DNA of 64,000 nucleotides from Octopus sinensis (GCF_006345805.1 NC_043015.1:24304001-24368000), one strand, 5' to 3'. Positions 1 through 15,000 are shown, counted from the first letter of the stretch. A program made the numbers and translations. The notes: a model not told the origin generated them from the letters alone.

Positions 1-675
1 CGATTGTAAACTCTTTTTCTCTACGTTTAGTAGCCACATTGTCCCAGATGTGGCAAGCGTATCCAGTCGCAGGTTTCATCCAAGGATTAGCAGCTGATGT
101 GGAAAACATACACTCTAAAGAGTGAGAAAGCTGTTTCGAACGTGTATTCATCAGAAAAGACATTCGTTGAGATTGAGACTTAAATCCCAAAGAGATTGCG
201 ATGACACTAATCACCTTTTTTTCGTGGTTTATGTTTTGTTTTTAGTAATGTGTAAGTATTTTCCCTTTTCAAGGAACAAATTGCCTGATCGAACTGAAAG
301 GCATGGCAGATGTCTTTGTTCACAAAATTCTACAGATGTAATGTGAAGTTAGGATTAGGGGTACAGTACGGAATTGCATATGGACAGTGCTTTGGTACAG
401 GAAGATAGGACGGAATGGAGAGTGGTATCACCTGCGTGGGAGTGAGGGTTGTTGGAAAGGATGTACAGGATTAAGTAAGAGATGGCGAGAAAAAGCAAAA
501 AACAAACCCCGTGACAGAACAGAGTTTTGCAAGCACGGAAGAAGAAAGAGCCGTCGGCCCACCCCAAGGCTATATAATGAGATCGAACAGGAAAGCACTG
601 ATTCGACAGAGGAAAGCGTCTTGAGAGAACACTTAGAGCTAAAACTGATCGAAAGTATTGCTTATGTCATTGACA

Positions 676-692
676 CCAGCGCCATCTAGTTT
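676..692 (-). promoter_or_regulatory. CTCF-like motif
   Basis: Minus strand AAACTAGATGGCGC matches the CCACYAGRKGGCRC core except the first two bases, inside the repeat-free first 1.2 kb. Motif match only. Confidence 0.3.
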
Positions 693-1191
693 TGTGAGTG
701 TAAGAGCTCATTGGTCAGTGAAATAATGAAATAGATCATTAGCAATCTGCTTTGTGAATGTCATATTGGTGATCGATTTTGAAGTGCGAGAGATTCAAAG
801 TTAAAATGGGGCGTTTTAGAATTATCTGTTTCCATCACATTTTTGATATTTGAAGGTGGATAAGATTTTAATTAACGCAATCAAAACAATAGCCCTTCTT
901 CTGAACGAAGTATACTGTACCGGCTTTACAAGGTTTGACATATATTCCTATAAACCCGACAGAGAGAAAAGGAAACGACTATTTTGGTGAGTATGGTGCT
1001 TCACATCTTAGCTGCACCGTTTGACCGTAAATAAAGGTACATTGTCAGGGCAGAGAATTTACGGCTTCTGCAAAATGTTGTCCATTAAATTGCACTTTTA
1101 AACAATTGATCAACTGGTGATTGTAACAGAAAATACTCAGATTGCCAAGTTGTCGGACTAAGTTAACGGCAGCCATACGGTATTAAATGAG

Positions 1192-1272
<81 letters not shown>

Positions 1273-3296
1273 TATATTTATACTAGCAAAGCCTCCCCAC
1301 GTCCATTAGGTGAAGAGAGTTAACTTGAACGGTGTTAAGTTGTGCACATGTTTTGTGATTGTATGGGATTGTTACTTTTGGTTAGTGTATGTGTGTATTT
1401 ATATGTATCAGCCGAAATTGCTAGGATGATCCGGTTCTTGACTGAAGATTGAAGGCTTCGAATGTACCGTCCGTGTTTTTGGTATCGTCTTCTAAATGTT
1501 TTACGTTCTTGTCCCAGTTTGTATTTTTCTACATATAATATATATACATATATATATATATATATGTGTGTGTGTGTTTATGTGTGTGTAAGATGGTAAC
1601 GTGTCCTCAAAGAATGAACTCACAGAAAATGGGCGTGCTGTTATTGTTGCAGTTGTTAAGATCCCGTTCCAGCTTTGATCAATCAGCGGCCCACGATGCA
1701 AGGCATCCTACTTGTAATCTTCCTGCGATTACCCAAAATGGCCATGCTTTATAAAAACGGTAATGTGCTATTTGAGGAGACGTTTTGCTGCTATTTTTAC
1801 CAGACAGCACCAATGCTTAAAGACATCCTCGCCCCTTTATCTCTTTTATTTCAGCATTGTTCAATCGTATTTATCCTATCATCCATTTACTCAGCTTTTA
1901 AACATAAATTTATGTACTGCGGCAATCACGTTGCTTTTAGCTTTAGAAGCTAAAAAAATCTCTTTTTTGTTGTTGTTTTTTGTTTTCATGCTTAGTTCTT
2001 GTTGTTATTTTGATGCCGGAATCGGCATATTTGATCTAATGGCAGACTAACATGTAACATACTGAAACGCTACATCAGAGACAGTAGTTAAAGGAAATGT
2101 TTGTTTTTCATTGAGACTTTTAATGTTCCTCCTCTACATATTATAATAATTATATGGGTGTATATGCCGCAGTTGCTGCTGCTGTTACCGCTGCTGCTGC
2201 TATAAGTCTCATTATACCAATAAAGGGCAGTAAATAAAATTTAAGCATGTCAACAGACAAAAAAGTCAGTGGAGTTAGCAGAAAATGGCTGCAGTTTAGA
2301 ACAAACATTGAAGTAGCTTTATATCTGTCTACAGGGAAATATTCTGTTTTCTTCTGAGTAGACAAAATAGTAATTCGTATCGGTGAAGCAGTCTCGTCAA
2401 TTAAAGCAACCCCATGATGTTTTCAGACGTGTTGTGTAACAGTTATTTTATTCTAATTTGTTTAGTTTATATTTTACTCAACCACATCCGAGCAATAACG
2501 AAAGGCTAATCCACTTTTTGAAGAATTTCCTTTTAGCTGTAGTTTGGCCGAGTGAAATAAAAACTTAATTTCCTCTGTCTGCTTGATTTGGAAGAATTCG
2601 TATAGTGACTAATATATTTTCAGTATTCAGTTTTTATGCTCTTCAATGAGACCCGCAAGTCAAACCATAACATATCTCCCTTGTGGATTTGTTAACGATT
2701 CCGAATGTGACGGATTGAAAGAGTCGGTTGAGCATCGGACAAGAGATAAAGACTGAGTGCACATACCAGATTAGCGGAACACAATGAACGAAAGAGGACT
2801 ACACACGCACACACACACACAGAGTAAGAGAAAAAGAAGCATAGAGCCGGTGGAGAGGAGGGAGAATAAAAAACAGCGTATTTATAGGAGGAGTTATATA
2901 ACGAAAAAATAATGAGTTGCTCTCCGTGGACAAAAAACACCAGCGACAGGCATATTCACGTCTCAATCACATGAAATTTATTATGAATGAATATGTACAA
3001 CATTGGTTCTTTAAGATGATTTTTAAGAAACTATATATTCTATCTTTGAAAATTAATATAGATCTCATCGTTTTGTGAAAGCATTGCAAAAAAAGTTTCA
3101 TGAAAATAAAACTGTAATTATTCCATAAAAGTCGTATTTCTTCATATTATTTCAGGTTGCAAAAGTATTTCAAATTACTACCCATCATATGATGGATACA
3201 AATCTAGTATATGTGCGCGTGTGTGTGTATGTGTGTGTAATACATACGTATAGACACCTTCGCATAAACACAAGCACACACAGATATATATACACG

Positions 3297-3359
<63 letters not shown>

Positions 3360-3507
3360 CTGATATATATATATATACTATATATATATATATATATACT
3401 GATATATATATATGTACCTATATATATTATATATATATATATATAGATATATACCAATATGTATAGGTATATATATATCTATATATGTATATCTTATATA
3501 TATATGA

Positions 3508-3588
<81 letters not shown>

Positions 3589-3611
3589 TATAATATATAT
3601 ATATAGGTATA

Positions 3612-3790
3612 GTTAGAATTTACAAAAACCCAAAAGACGAAGACAGGTGTGTAAACAACAAAAAATTGTATTAGTTTAACGCGCGGGAAGGTGAGAAAGT
3701 CTTTTACGTGTCGAGCCTCTGTTCTTCAACAGAAAAGAACACTAGAAAATAAACAGAGTGAATAAAAAGCTTTAGTAGTTAGCAGTCAAT
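3612..3790 (-). repeat. Possible Penelope-terminal-like repeat fragment with decayed hammerhead-like remnant; relative at 17120-17235 (+)
   Basis: TTGAAGA-ACAGAGGCTC-GACA-CGT on the minus strand; the downstream GCGT...CTAATAC segment is shared with 17120-17235. Confidence 0.4.
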
Positions 3791-3794
3791 ACAC

Positions 3795-3884
<90 letters not shown>

Positions 3885-3936
3885 ACATATATATATAAAT
3901 AGTATAAATATATATATATATATATATATAATATAT

Positions 3937-3967
<31 letters not shown>

Positions 3968-4449
3968 TATATATAAATATGTATATATATATTGTTATAT
4001 TTCGGAATGGTCATTTTGCCAGTTTAGCCAATAAAAACACACGCCACTATATATTTGGTGTTATTTTGCTTCAGTGTTATTTACATTTTACATTAATCTT
4101 AATCTTATTTCGGCCACAGTTCTTTCGTCACACTCCTGTGACCGCATCAGTGGTCCTTTGTTTTCTTCTTTCTTATTTGTGTCTTTCCTTACTAACCGTC
4201 AGCCATTTTGTATTTCTATTGTATGTCTTCTTTTGCGCATGCTTATATCTCTATGTGCGTCTGTGTTTAATTAGTGTGTGTGGGGAGGATGCCTGTAATA
4301 TTTTTATCTTCTATTTACACGTTCGTGTAATTTGTTTTTGTTGTTGTTGTTTTTGTTTATTCTTATTTTGCTCATGTGTTTACATCCACTTATTATTATT
4401 ATCATTACGTATGCTTGTATGTATGTATGTATGTATAACAAAAATACTA

Positions 4450-4504
<55 letters not shown>

Positions 4505-5025
4505 TCTTTTAAATTAAACAAAAAAAAATTATATAGTTATTTATTTCTATTTGTTTATTTATCTGTGTATTTTATTTATTATGTTTTCGGTTTTGTTTAT
4601 ATTGTAACCAGTTTATGGGGATCCTCTACCGTCATATGTTGTGGTGTGTTCCATTCCAGTTTCCTATTGAGGCTAGGTTTATCTTCTATTATGTGTGTAG
4701 CTCCTGTAATTTGTCTGATTGTTGCATCTGTTCTATGTGTGGACAAGATTTTAACTTCTATATATAAGTATGTATGTATATATATACATATATATTTATA
4801 TGTGTGTGTGTGTGGGGTGAGTATGTGTGTGTGTGTGCATGAGATTTCAGTTTATGGAAAAGATTCAAGGGATTAATTCTGATAAGATTGATGCATTGCT
4901 CCACATTACTCACCCTGTTAGACGTATTTTGAAGGCATCCATCGAAACATATGTCGATGATATGAAGATATAATTGATATAATAACATCTTGAACGTTTG
5001 TCTCCATATTCAAATTTTCCGAGTT

Positions 5026-5074
<49 letters not shown>

Positions 5075-6764
5075 AAAATATGGATTACATGGAAATATTA
5101 TTTCATGTGAGCTCTCACACAAGAAAAAGAACCTCTCATAATAATAACAAAAATCATAAACCCGGGAGTGATTGTCTCCCCTTAAAGGGAAATTTAACCC
5201 TTTCCTTGATTCCTTAGTATACATTTTCTCGCTTTTTCTCTATCTCTGTTTCTCTCTTCCTCTCTTCGAAGGCAATTACAGGTGGCACCACCAGCAGACG
5301 CCAGTTGAATTTTCCACATATATAGAATCAATCCCAATATTTATAGTCATATTTTTATCAACACGTATGATGATCAAAAACAATATATTACAGGTAAAAT
5401 GTAACTACCTCATTTTTCCCGCGTGTATCACTGTTACTTCCTGTTTCGACTCATTATTATAGATGACTGGTTTGAATGGAAGGTTAAGTTAGCTCTAAAC
5501 ATTTCCTTTTCTCCACACGGAAGAAAATAAAAGATAGAATCAGATGAAATGTATCAACAACCACAGCCATTCGTTTATTTTAATCCCTTTTGTTTTGCTT
5601 CTTGAATTCGGATGGATTGATGAATAGAAAGAAAAGATAGCTCTGGTATGACCAGAACTCCATTCATATAAACGTAGGAATCAAAATAGAATGGAACGCT
5701 AGTAAAACGTACATTTACACTTTCTTAGCAACAGTAATTAAATAATGATAAAAATTCAAAATAGGTTTATTTAAAATATTTTACAATACGCCCCCCCTCC
5801 ACATACTGATTAAGCTCACGCGCACTAATTTTGACTAGTAAATGATGTGTTAATTTATTATGCACAATGTATTTCAGAGAACATATATATTCTCCTCGTG
5901 TATATTGAATGATTTCTCCCCAAATTCTCGCTTTAGTATTATATTATTCACAAAATTATGTCATTCACACATATTCTAATGCCACTTTGAGTAATTGTAC
6001 CAACATATTCTCCTTTGCTGAAACAGGAACTTAAGCTACGGCACAAAAACTGATGCGAGGTTATCAAAGCCTATTTAGAGATGTTATTATCGAAATTGTT
6101 ATAGAAAATCGAATATAAAATTTAAAATGTAATAAAGTAAAAAAACAAAGACTAGAATAAAAGGAACTAAACTAGAGATGGTCGGCAGATAAAGTTATGA
6201 CAAAGAATTCCTAAAAACTAAATTAATTTTAATTAAGGAGATATCAAAATATTTAGTAATCTTCAGAGAAGTGTGCCTTCATGAAAACATTCAAAATATA
6301 AATCGCGAATTTAATAGTTTCAAAAAAGAAAGGACTTTGATGGAGTATGCTTCGCGTTTAGGCTTGGTTGACAGATCCGGTTCACGACCACGAAGAGTCG
6401 GGTGCTGCGATCGAATTGTGCTCGTGTGTGTTACACCATAATCTGTTGACAAATGCTGTGTGAGGTCAGGTATAGAGGCATGCACTTTGCAACACAACGC
6501 TGCAGATAAATAGACGATTGCTTGTTTTAACTTTAAGTTATAATAAAACAATGTCTGTATTAAACTTATGGATAATTTAGCTTTGTTTGTAGAGTACAAA
6601 TTTCTTATTTAACAATAATAGTATTGATAATGAATTTGAACGTTTGGCCAGCTAAGCCATCATCCACCTTCGAAGTCACTGTCAATAGCATTCTTGTTGA
6701 AGAATAATTTATATGAGTGTGTTTACATGTGTGTGCATTAATATTGCTTTCTAATTAAGGAACA

Positions 6765-6935
6765 AAGCCAGCAATCTCGGTGAGGTGTAAGTCGATTACA
6801 TCGACCCAAGTAATTAACTGGTATTTATTCTATCGACCCCGAAACGATGAAAGGCAAGTTAATCTCAGTGGAATTTGAACTCAGAACATAAAGACGGACA
6901 AAATGCCACTAAGCACATCGTCCGACGTGCCAACT
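6765..6935 (-). mobile_element. SINE family A fragment (diverged)
   Basis: ATCGACCCCGAAACGATGAAAGGC...GGAATTTGAACTCAGAAC. Confidence 0.75.
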
Positions 6936-7201
6936 ATTTGGCCATCTCATCACCTTATTATATATATATTCATATTACTCACGGTAAACATTATTATGGA
7001 TCCATTACAATCGATTTTACCTATCTATGCACTGTATACTTCGATTAATGTACACACTTCTTTAACAGTTATACGAATGCCTCATTTTTCAGACTTATTT
7101 TTCTTAGACGATTACGCATACATAAAGACATACTTACATGCATATATGCCTAAATACATACGCGTATGTGTGTGTATAGTAGTAGTAGTAGTAGTAGTAG
7201 T

Positions 7202-7244
<43 letters not shown>

Positions 7245-9220
7245 GTAGTAGTAGTAGTAGTAGTAATTGTTGTTGTTGTTGTTGCTGTTGTTTCTTGTTA
7301 CACAATTTCACTGATTCGCTGCATGTAATCTTTGACACCGCTAAACGTTACGTTATAAATCTTTATTAGTTTCAGAACTTTACTAATCTCTTCTTGGATG
7401 CGACATGGCCAAATGGCTGCAAAGTTCTCTTTCGAATGACAGGTCCCCTGTGGAAAGACTCTGTGTGGTATTGGGGAAAGTTGTGTTTTACCATAATCCT
7501 GAGTCAGTCTAAGCCTTGACAATGAAATTGATTAAACAAAAACTATGAGAATTCCCATTGGATAAATTTTCATTAAAGAGACCATAGACTACTGATGCAT
7601 TTCAATGAGCTGGTAGTTCAGTTGTTCGAACAATTGCATACTCATCGTCGAAGGCGACGGCGATCCGTTTCTTTGTTAGTTTCTTATTTATTTATTTCCA
7701 AGTCTGGTTCCGTCGTGTAACTCTATAGAGAAATGCGCTTTAATAGTGACCACCCTTGGGTGAGATTTGGACATTTGTGACTACACTCTCTGGTTTTCCT
7801 TTATTTATCTTTCAAATTTGTTAAGAATAGCAGTGTCCATAAGATTTAATTTATTAGTTATTTCCAAATGTAAAATGTTCCACATGCGACCACCCAAGCA
7901 GCATTTCTGTGCGTATTCATAACTTCAGTGTCCAGATCTTACTTTTACAGTGTCAGTTATAGCGGTAAGCTTAAGGTAATGAGTGTGGTTGACACAGGTT
8001 TCAGACAGAGTTACCCAACTTGTCAATCAGACAGAGCAGTTTGTGACATTTTGACGGAAAGCTAAGTTTGGGAGAATTTTTTTGTTTTTGCTATTTTACC
8101 CTGTTGGGTTTTTGCTATTTTACCCTGCTGGGCTTCGTTACCGAAATATTTCCGTCACATCCGTCACACTTTAGTAGCTTATTCGGAGAAAATCATCCAT
8201 GGGGTGAAGCATAAATTACAAAAAAAAAAAAGAAAAGAAGAAAGCAAAACATCGCATCAACAATATTTCTCATGCATTCTAGCATAAAGTTTACAGAATT
8301 AATTCTCCCTGCTATATTAAACATGTTAAACATTAGTCTTGAAGAATAGCCTGTAATTTGTGCGACATTGGTTATTTAAATTCAACTTAGAAACACAAAA
8401 GGAAAAAAAATCGATTTTTTTTTTGTTCTGCATAATACAGGAAGCATACGGAAAATAATCGAGACCCATAAAGGATAAAATTAATATATTCAAATTTATG
8501 CAATCTGGAGTAGAGGGAAAATAATATTGCGACTTTAGTCACAATGTCAATATTGAAATATTTGAAGAGTTACCCAAATTCAAAACAAGTATTGCATACA
8601 CACCTCTAATAAAAATGAAGCCAAGGACAGGATTTAATGAGCGCAATTGTGCGATCGTGCAGGAATAAAAAATAAAAGACAGAAGATGAGAGACAGAACT
8701 AAATCTGAAACCGGAAAGTTCTGATAAGAGATTCATTTGTCGGAAATGACCAAAAGCTTTGCTTATGGTGAGGTAAACACCACCACCATCAAAATTGTTG
8801 ATTAAGAGAGCTTGAGTGAAATACGAGAATACATCTGTTCAAATTTATTTTTATATTGTGATGATAGTAGAATATAATGATACACTGATTATGACAATAA
8901 ATTTGAATATAAGATATTCACCGAAATCTATACACTCTGTAAACTCTATCTTATTTATAGGGTTTACAATTTATTTGTTTATATTTTCCGATAGATTTAT
9001 GAAATCCTGACATTTTTAAGCGTAAGAAAGAAACTGCAAGTTGGTTATGTCAGTCTCAGCGACATAAGCACACTTACATAGATCCTCGTGCGAAACCTTA
9101 CCTATTTGATCAAACCTGGAAAAAGGCCAAGTGGACCTCGGTGGATTTTTTAAACCAGAATGTAAAAACACATGTTGTCCAGTGATTCTGCCAGCTCGCT
9201 TCCATAATAAAATAATAATA

Positions 9221-9260
<40 letters not shown>

Positions 9261-9261
<1 letters not shown>

Positions 9262-9735
9262 TCTTGGTATAAAAGATGGCCTACAGCAAATATTCTGCTC
9301 AATACCACAGATTTGCTTGTCAGTTGTTTGACCTTAACCAGTTGAGCATGTCCCTTAGTGGCTGACGATATGTGCATCTCTGATCACGAGCAGAAGTAGT
9401 GGGGGAGCATCATAGCCATGTGTTGAGAGGGATTCTTTGGGGTTTGAATAATTCACCTCTGGAAACATGGGTGGTTCTTTCAACATCCTTAAACAATCCT
9501 TATTCAGGGACCTTTTGAGCGGGATGGGCTACTCGACCTCATGAAAATTCTAACTGGGCCCCACCTGCAAGGTCATGTGCTGTTTATCTTGATATGAGAT
9601 CACCATGTCGCGCACATATGGTTGTGATGCATGTGCCTGGTGTACCTTTATCAGACGGGTAGTCATGATGGGTATATTGGGCTTCGTATATTTTACCCCA
9701 GTGTCACTTTGATGGCATGCACTGCTCTCTCACTC
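9261..9735 (+). mobile_element. (AAT)n-flanked non-coding retroposon-like element, copy 1 (5'-truncated)
   Basis: Highly similar to 21274-21747; (AAT)n directly on both sides; ends CACTC-AATAAT. Confidence 0.8.
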
Positions 9736-9779
<44 letters not shown>

Positions 9780-9804
9780 CAACAACAGTAACAATAATTT
9801 CAAA

Positions 9805-10196
9805 TTTTGGCACAAAGCCAGCACGTACATGGGAGGGGCTAAGTCGATTGTACCAATCCCAGTGTTCAAATGGTACTTATTTTATCGAGCTTGACGGGAT
9901 GAAAGGCAAAATCGAACTCGGTGGAATTTAAACTGAGAACATAAAGACTGCCAATAAACATTTTGTCCGGCGTGCTGACGTTTTTTTTCCACTCTGGTAC
10001 AAGACCCGAAATTTGGTGGGAAGGGACTAGTCGAATAGATCGACTCCAGTACGCAACTGGTACTTAATTCATCGACACCGAAAGGATGAAAGGCAAAGTC
10101 GATCTCGGCGGAATTTGAACTCAGCACATAAAGACAGAAGAAATAATGCTAAGCATTTCGCCCGGCGTGCTAACGTTTCTGCCAGCTCGCCGCCTT
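9805..10196 (-). mobile_element. SINE family A, two adjacent copies/fragments
   Basis: Reverse-complement matches to the family A head and central domain at about 9805-9990 and 9990-10196. Confidence 0.8.
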
Positions 10197-10202
10197 CATG
10201 GA

Positions 10203-11665
10203 TAATAGAAATAGACAAAAGAATGAAGGGTTACCACCAGAATAGGTTATTCACAGTAAATCAGAAGATATTCTAGAAAGAAAGAAATGGAGGGTGAACA
10301 GATAAAAATTTGATACCAGATAACATTGAAAGTCAAAGGTTTTTGGAGCGCAAGAATGATGCTGAATGATTGCAAGAACTGAAACAAACAGTAGTCTGTC
10401 CAAAACAGGCAGAACTAGTCATTTCAGTTAGGGAAGTGAAGGAAATCAGCCAAAAAATGAGCAACTGGAAGGCCCGAGACCAGATGGAGTTCAAGGCTAC
10501 TGGATCAAAAGATTTGGTGAATGTCATGCACGAATAGCTGCGCAACACAACACCTTTTCATTTGGCGACCAAGCAACACCAGAGTGGTTGACATTGGGTA
10601 AGACAGTGCTGTGCCTGAAAAACATCGTAAAAGGCAATACGGTAGACAATTACAGGCCGATATCCTGTTTGCTACTTATGTGGAAGTTATTCACTGAAAT
10701 TCTCGCAGAGTCAATGTACGAACATCTAGAAAAAAATGGAATCCTGCCACATGAGCTGAAGGGTTGCAAGCGTAAGTGCAGGGTGATTAAGGATCAACAC
10801 CTGATAGATAAAACTGTACTCAGTGACTGCAAGAGGAGTAAAAGTAACTTAGCCATGTCATGGATCAATTATCGTAAGTTGTACGATATGAACTCACATT
10901 CTTGGATTATGGAGTGTATGAACCTGTTTGGGATTGCATCGAATGTTGAGCGATTGCTTGGAAAAAGCATGGCGAATTGAAGGACGGACTTGACAGCATA
11001 CGGAAGAAGTTTAGGGACAGTAGAAATTAGGAGGGGCATCTTCCAAGTGGACTGCCTGTCCCCACTGATCTTTGTACTGTGCTTGATACCACTGACACTG
11101 AGTCTGAGGAAAGCAAAAGCTGGGTATGTATTCAAAAGCCACCTACAAAAAGTCAACCATTTGTTATTCATGAATGACTTCAAACTTTATGATAAAGATG
11201 AAGCCCAAGTCACTTCCCTCGTTGATACGGTGTATACCTTCAGTGCTGACATCAGAAGTGTGGTGTGTTAGCATTGAAGAGAGGCAAGATTAAATGTATG
11301 GACGGACTAACGATATCGTCGGGGGAGGTTATGAAGCAGATAGAAGAGACGGGCTATAAGTACTTGGGGATTTTGGAAATGGATAAATTGATGGAGAAAG
11401 AAATGACAGAAAAATTTAAGGTGGAGTACTTAGGCAGACTGAGACTGATCCTTAAGTCGAAATTAAATGGACGGAATAAGATTAAAGCTATCAACACCTG
11501 GACAGTTTCACTCCTTAGATATGGAGCAGGGGTGATCGCATGGAGAGTAGAAGAACTAAACAGCTTAGACATAAAGGTAAGGACGTTGCTAACTAGATAC
11601 GGGTCATTCCACCCAAAAAGTGACACAGACAGACTGTTTGTACCAAGAAAAAGAGGGAGAAGCGT
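10203..11665 (+). mobile_element. Decayed Dong/R4-clade non-LTR retrotransposon RT fragment
   Basis: NYRPISCLLLMWKLF, IRRGIFQVDCLSP, NHLLFMNDFKLY, YKYLGILE, KSKLNGRNKIKAINTW, HPKSDTDRLFVPRKRG across frameshifted ORFs 10588-10980, 10990-11271 and 11265-11771. It ends in a (TATG)n tract. Confidence 0.85.
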
Positions 11666-11697
11666 ATGTATGAAGAGGATGTATGTATGTATGTGTG

Positions 11698-11731
<34 letters not shown>

Positions 11732-12017
11732 TGTATGTATGTATGTATGTAGTTATACTCGACACCAATGAGGTACCTTTACAAATAAGAGTTTAATACC
11801 AGGGTAAATAACAAGGAAAATGTCATTGAAATTTCTGTTAGAATCCATAAAATACTAACTTAAGCATATTTTCCTATTTCATTCTTCAAACATCCATTAT
11901 GATGTACAATGACGGAATAGATTCTAGACAGATTCATTTTTTCTGCTCTAATATCAATAACAAATTCATAACAAGTGTTTTTAATGAAACTATAACAATC
12001 AATCGTCTGATAATAAC

Positions 12018-12076
<59 letters not shown>

Positions 12077-15000
12077 CAAGTAGTCTAATAATGTCAGCGT
12101 TGCCAACTCAGTTTTATAGAGACAGATAGCAGAACCATTTTAGATAACAAACTACAGTTGTCTGTGTTTTTTGATTAATCATAGTGAACTGCACAATGGA
12201 ATATTGCCCGGATGTCTTAGACTGTGCTTTTACTACACATACAGTCACATGATGACTGTATATATTTTTTCGAATGGTTGAACAAGCTACAACCTCTCGC
12301 CGACCGACTCTCTCTCTCTCTCCTCACACTTCCTTACTCTACCCCAAGAGGGGCATCTTCTTGCTTGATTTCAAGCTATATTGACTCATGGTCCACCCAA
12401 CCCACTCGTTTCCCTTTCTTTCGCTACCCATTTTTTACCCACCACAACACTCACTAGTCACGTGCTCCAGTCTTCTTTCTTTGAACATACGTTATTTGTA
12501 TTTCTCTCTCTGCTTGTTTACGAGCCGCAACTGTGAACATTATAGGAGAAACCTTCACCTGACTCGAACCCTCCAATGAGGAAGAGTTTAAAAATCTATT
12601 GGCATTAATACCGTTCTCTATGAAGATAAGAAATCCTATATGTCTTTCTTCTGCCGAGTATTGCTTTGCATAGAATAATGTTCATTGCTTTTTTTTTTAA
12701 TTTTGTTTTATAGTTAACAATACATTTATGTAAAAAAATTATTGTTCTTGTTTAGCCCAGGACACAATAACGCAGAAATATGATCAAATAATTTCCAGCC
12801 TTGACTGTCTCTTGTAATTAGGAGTATATTAGCAAACCCAATGTCTTTAATCTATTTTCAAAAAATAGTATTAGCTTCGATTTGAGGGCGATATGACAGC
12901 TACTTCTAGTAGGTCGTTCACCCATAGAGTTCCATCGCCATACCCGACAAAGCACTTTATGCAAGTTGGTTCTCTTTCTTTTGCATTGTATTCTACATTT
13001 GCAATAAATTCTTTTGAACTGTTCCAGTTTATGAATTTATATTAAATTAATAAATTTATGAAAACAACCTTTGAATACTTTCATAGTTTTTATAACTTTT
13101 CCTCAATATCACATTGGCTATCGCCATAAACAACAACAACAGTTCAAGCCATATTAGCATCAGTATCAGCAGCAGAAATAATATCAGAGTCTTAAGAAGG
13201 CACCAAGCAACATTTTCATTAGTTAGTATTAAAAAGCAATAAATTATTCCTCGGGTAGAATTATGTTTATTTAAATATTTAATTAGTCTAACTAGGTTAA
13301 TTCTTGCTCGTTTAAGCAAAATGTTTTAATATCTCAAAGGTTTGGAATTTTATATTGAAAATATGAAAAGAGATAAAGAGGCCCAACAGACACTGAGCCA
13401 CAAACAAAACCAAAAATTATTTCCAATTTATTTCAGAGGGAATTTATTATTCATTTTCAACAGCTACTCTAAATGTTATAATTTATTACATTTCCATATT
13501 AGACTCAAGAGAGAGAGAGGGGGGAAGAGGGACAGAGAGAGGGAAAGTAAAAAAGAGGAAAAGTTGCGTATATACAAGATTTTAAATACTGATAGCGATA
13601 GCGAGATACGAATTTCAAACTTCCTCTGCTATTTTCAATTTCTTTTTATTCGACTTGTTTAAAATTTGTCTTCTAACTCTAACTAATCTGATATAATTTT
13701 TGACAAATTATATCAATAATCTGATGTGTTTTCCTTATGAAGTATTTTTATGTCGGTTGTGTTGGTCAGACTCAGGCCAGCGTTAAACCAACAGAGCCAT
13801 GAAAGAAAGCATTCCAACCATGGCTATCAATCTTTACTTTTTAGTCAATGAATGTTAATGGCTCCTTTTTACTGTTGAGAATGTACATTTGCATGTTATT
13901 TCTAGCAAGTCACGAAAAAAAAGACTATTGCATTAACTCCATGTGGCCTTAAATATTTAACCATAACGATTAAAAATGCAGTATCAAAACTAGGGAGTGC
14001 GATGGGGATGATGGAGAGCGGTTCCACCGGGTGACATTTTAATAGGGGAGGTAGATTTGGGGTTTGTTAATTACGTAAACACCAGGTAATCTCTTGGAAT
14101 AACTAAATCAATCCCTGAACAGACGTGTTGGCGAGGAAAAATTGTTTTACGTTGATGATAAGATAGGTCCTAGTAAAGTGTGAATTTCCGCGACCCTCCC
14201 ACTAACTGTGCAGCCTGATGCTTACTTTATAGCGAAGGGTAACTGAATGTAACGACAGACAGCTAATACATTAACACAAACACGCAGACACACGTATATC
14301 GACCTCTATAGCTAAATGGTAGCAATTATATCAAATCACCCCAGTGTATTACTTTTAGTATATTCTATTAACTGATTAAATAGTATTGACATTGTATCTG
14401 TGAAGCGTCTGCCCCTGAGATCGCTCCTGCTGCAATGCTAATATGTATTGTTAAGAGGTAAAAATAGCTATACGTAATAACACGATTAACTTATCCACAA
14501 TTCTTTAAAAATAACTCAATGGGATTAGAAGATAGTGTGACTTTCTTGTTAATATAAACCATATTTTATGTGTTATAAACCTGTTATCAGCTGGAAAGAA
14601 AGTTATCGGCGATATGAGTGAATAGGTAGATTTCAATCTTTTAAATAGATTTTAAAAAAGAATGATAGACGAAAGAAGCAATGATTGGAAAGGACAACTT
14701 TAACAGCAAGGTAGGAGATAGCTTTTGATTAGTAAAAAGGGTTTCGTAGATTCTACAGAGAGTGGGAACTTTAATTTTGGAAACGCTGGGAGCAAGAGAC
14801 ATAATAGAAAGAAAGAGAGGAAATGAGAGTGAGGGGTGGTAGCGGCAATTGGAGTGGAAAGAAAGGGTTGATTCGACGAGTAAAAAAAAATTTCATTAAA
14901 GTTTGCTTATATATTCGGCAAGTACAGTAGAGTTGAGACGGTAAAATTCATTTGAAATTTAAATTAACTAATTCGATTTATAGCTAAGAGTCAGAATAAG

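Noticed and set aside
1430-1480. CTGAAGA...GAAT in the 1421/16205 repeat as a hammerhead
   Set aside because: Both copies have GAAT instead of GAAA, and no convincing stem I/III.
2150-2240. Cys-rich (plus strand) or Ala-rich (minus strand) reading of GCT repeats
   Set aside because: A short trinucleotide repeat without splice or start support.
3185-4517. ORFs rich in YI/CV/polyI/polyN here and throughout the track (e.g. 15321-15893, 20328-21361, 41325-41777, 47200-47750, 51563-53638)
   Set aside because: They are translations of (TA)n, (TG)n and (AAT)n microsatellites, which lack stops in some frames.
9361-9400. CTGACGA in the AAT-flanked element as a hammerhead core
   Set aside because: No consistent GAAA box or stems I-III in both copies.
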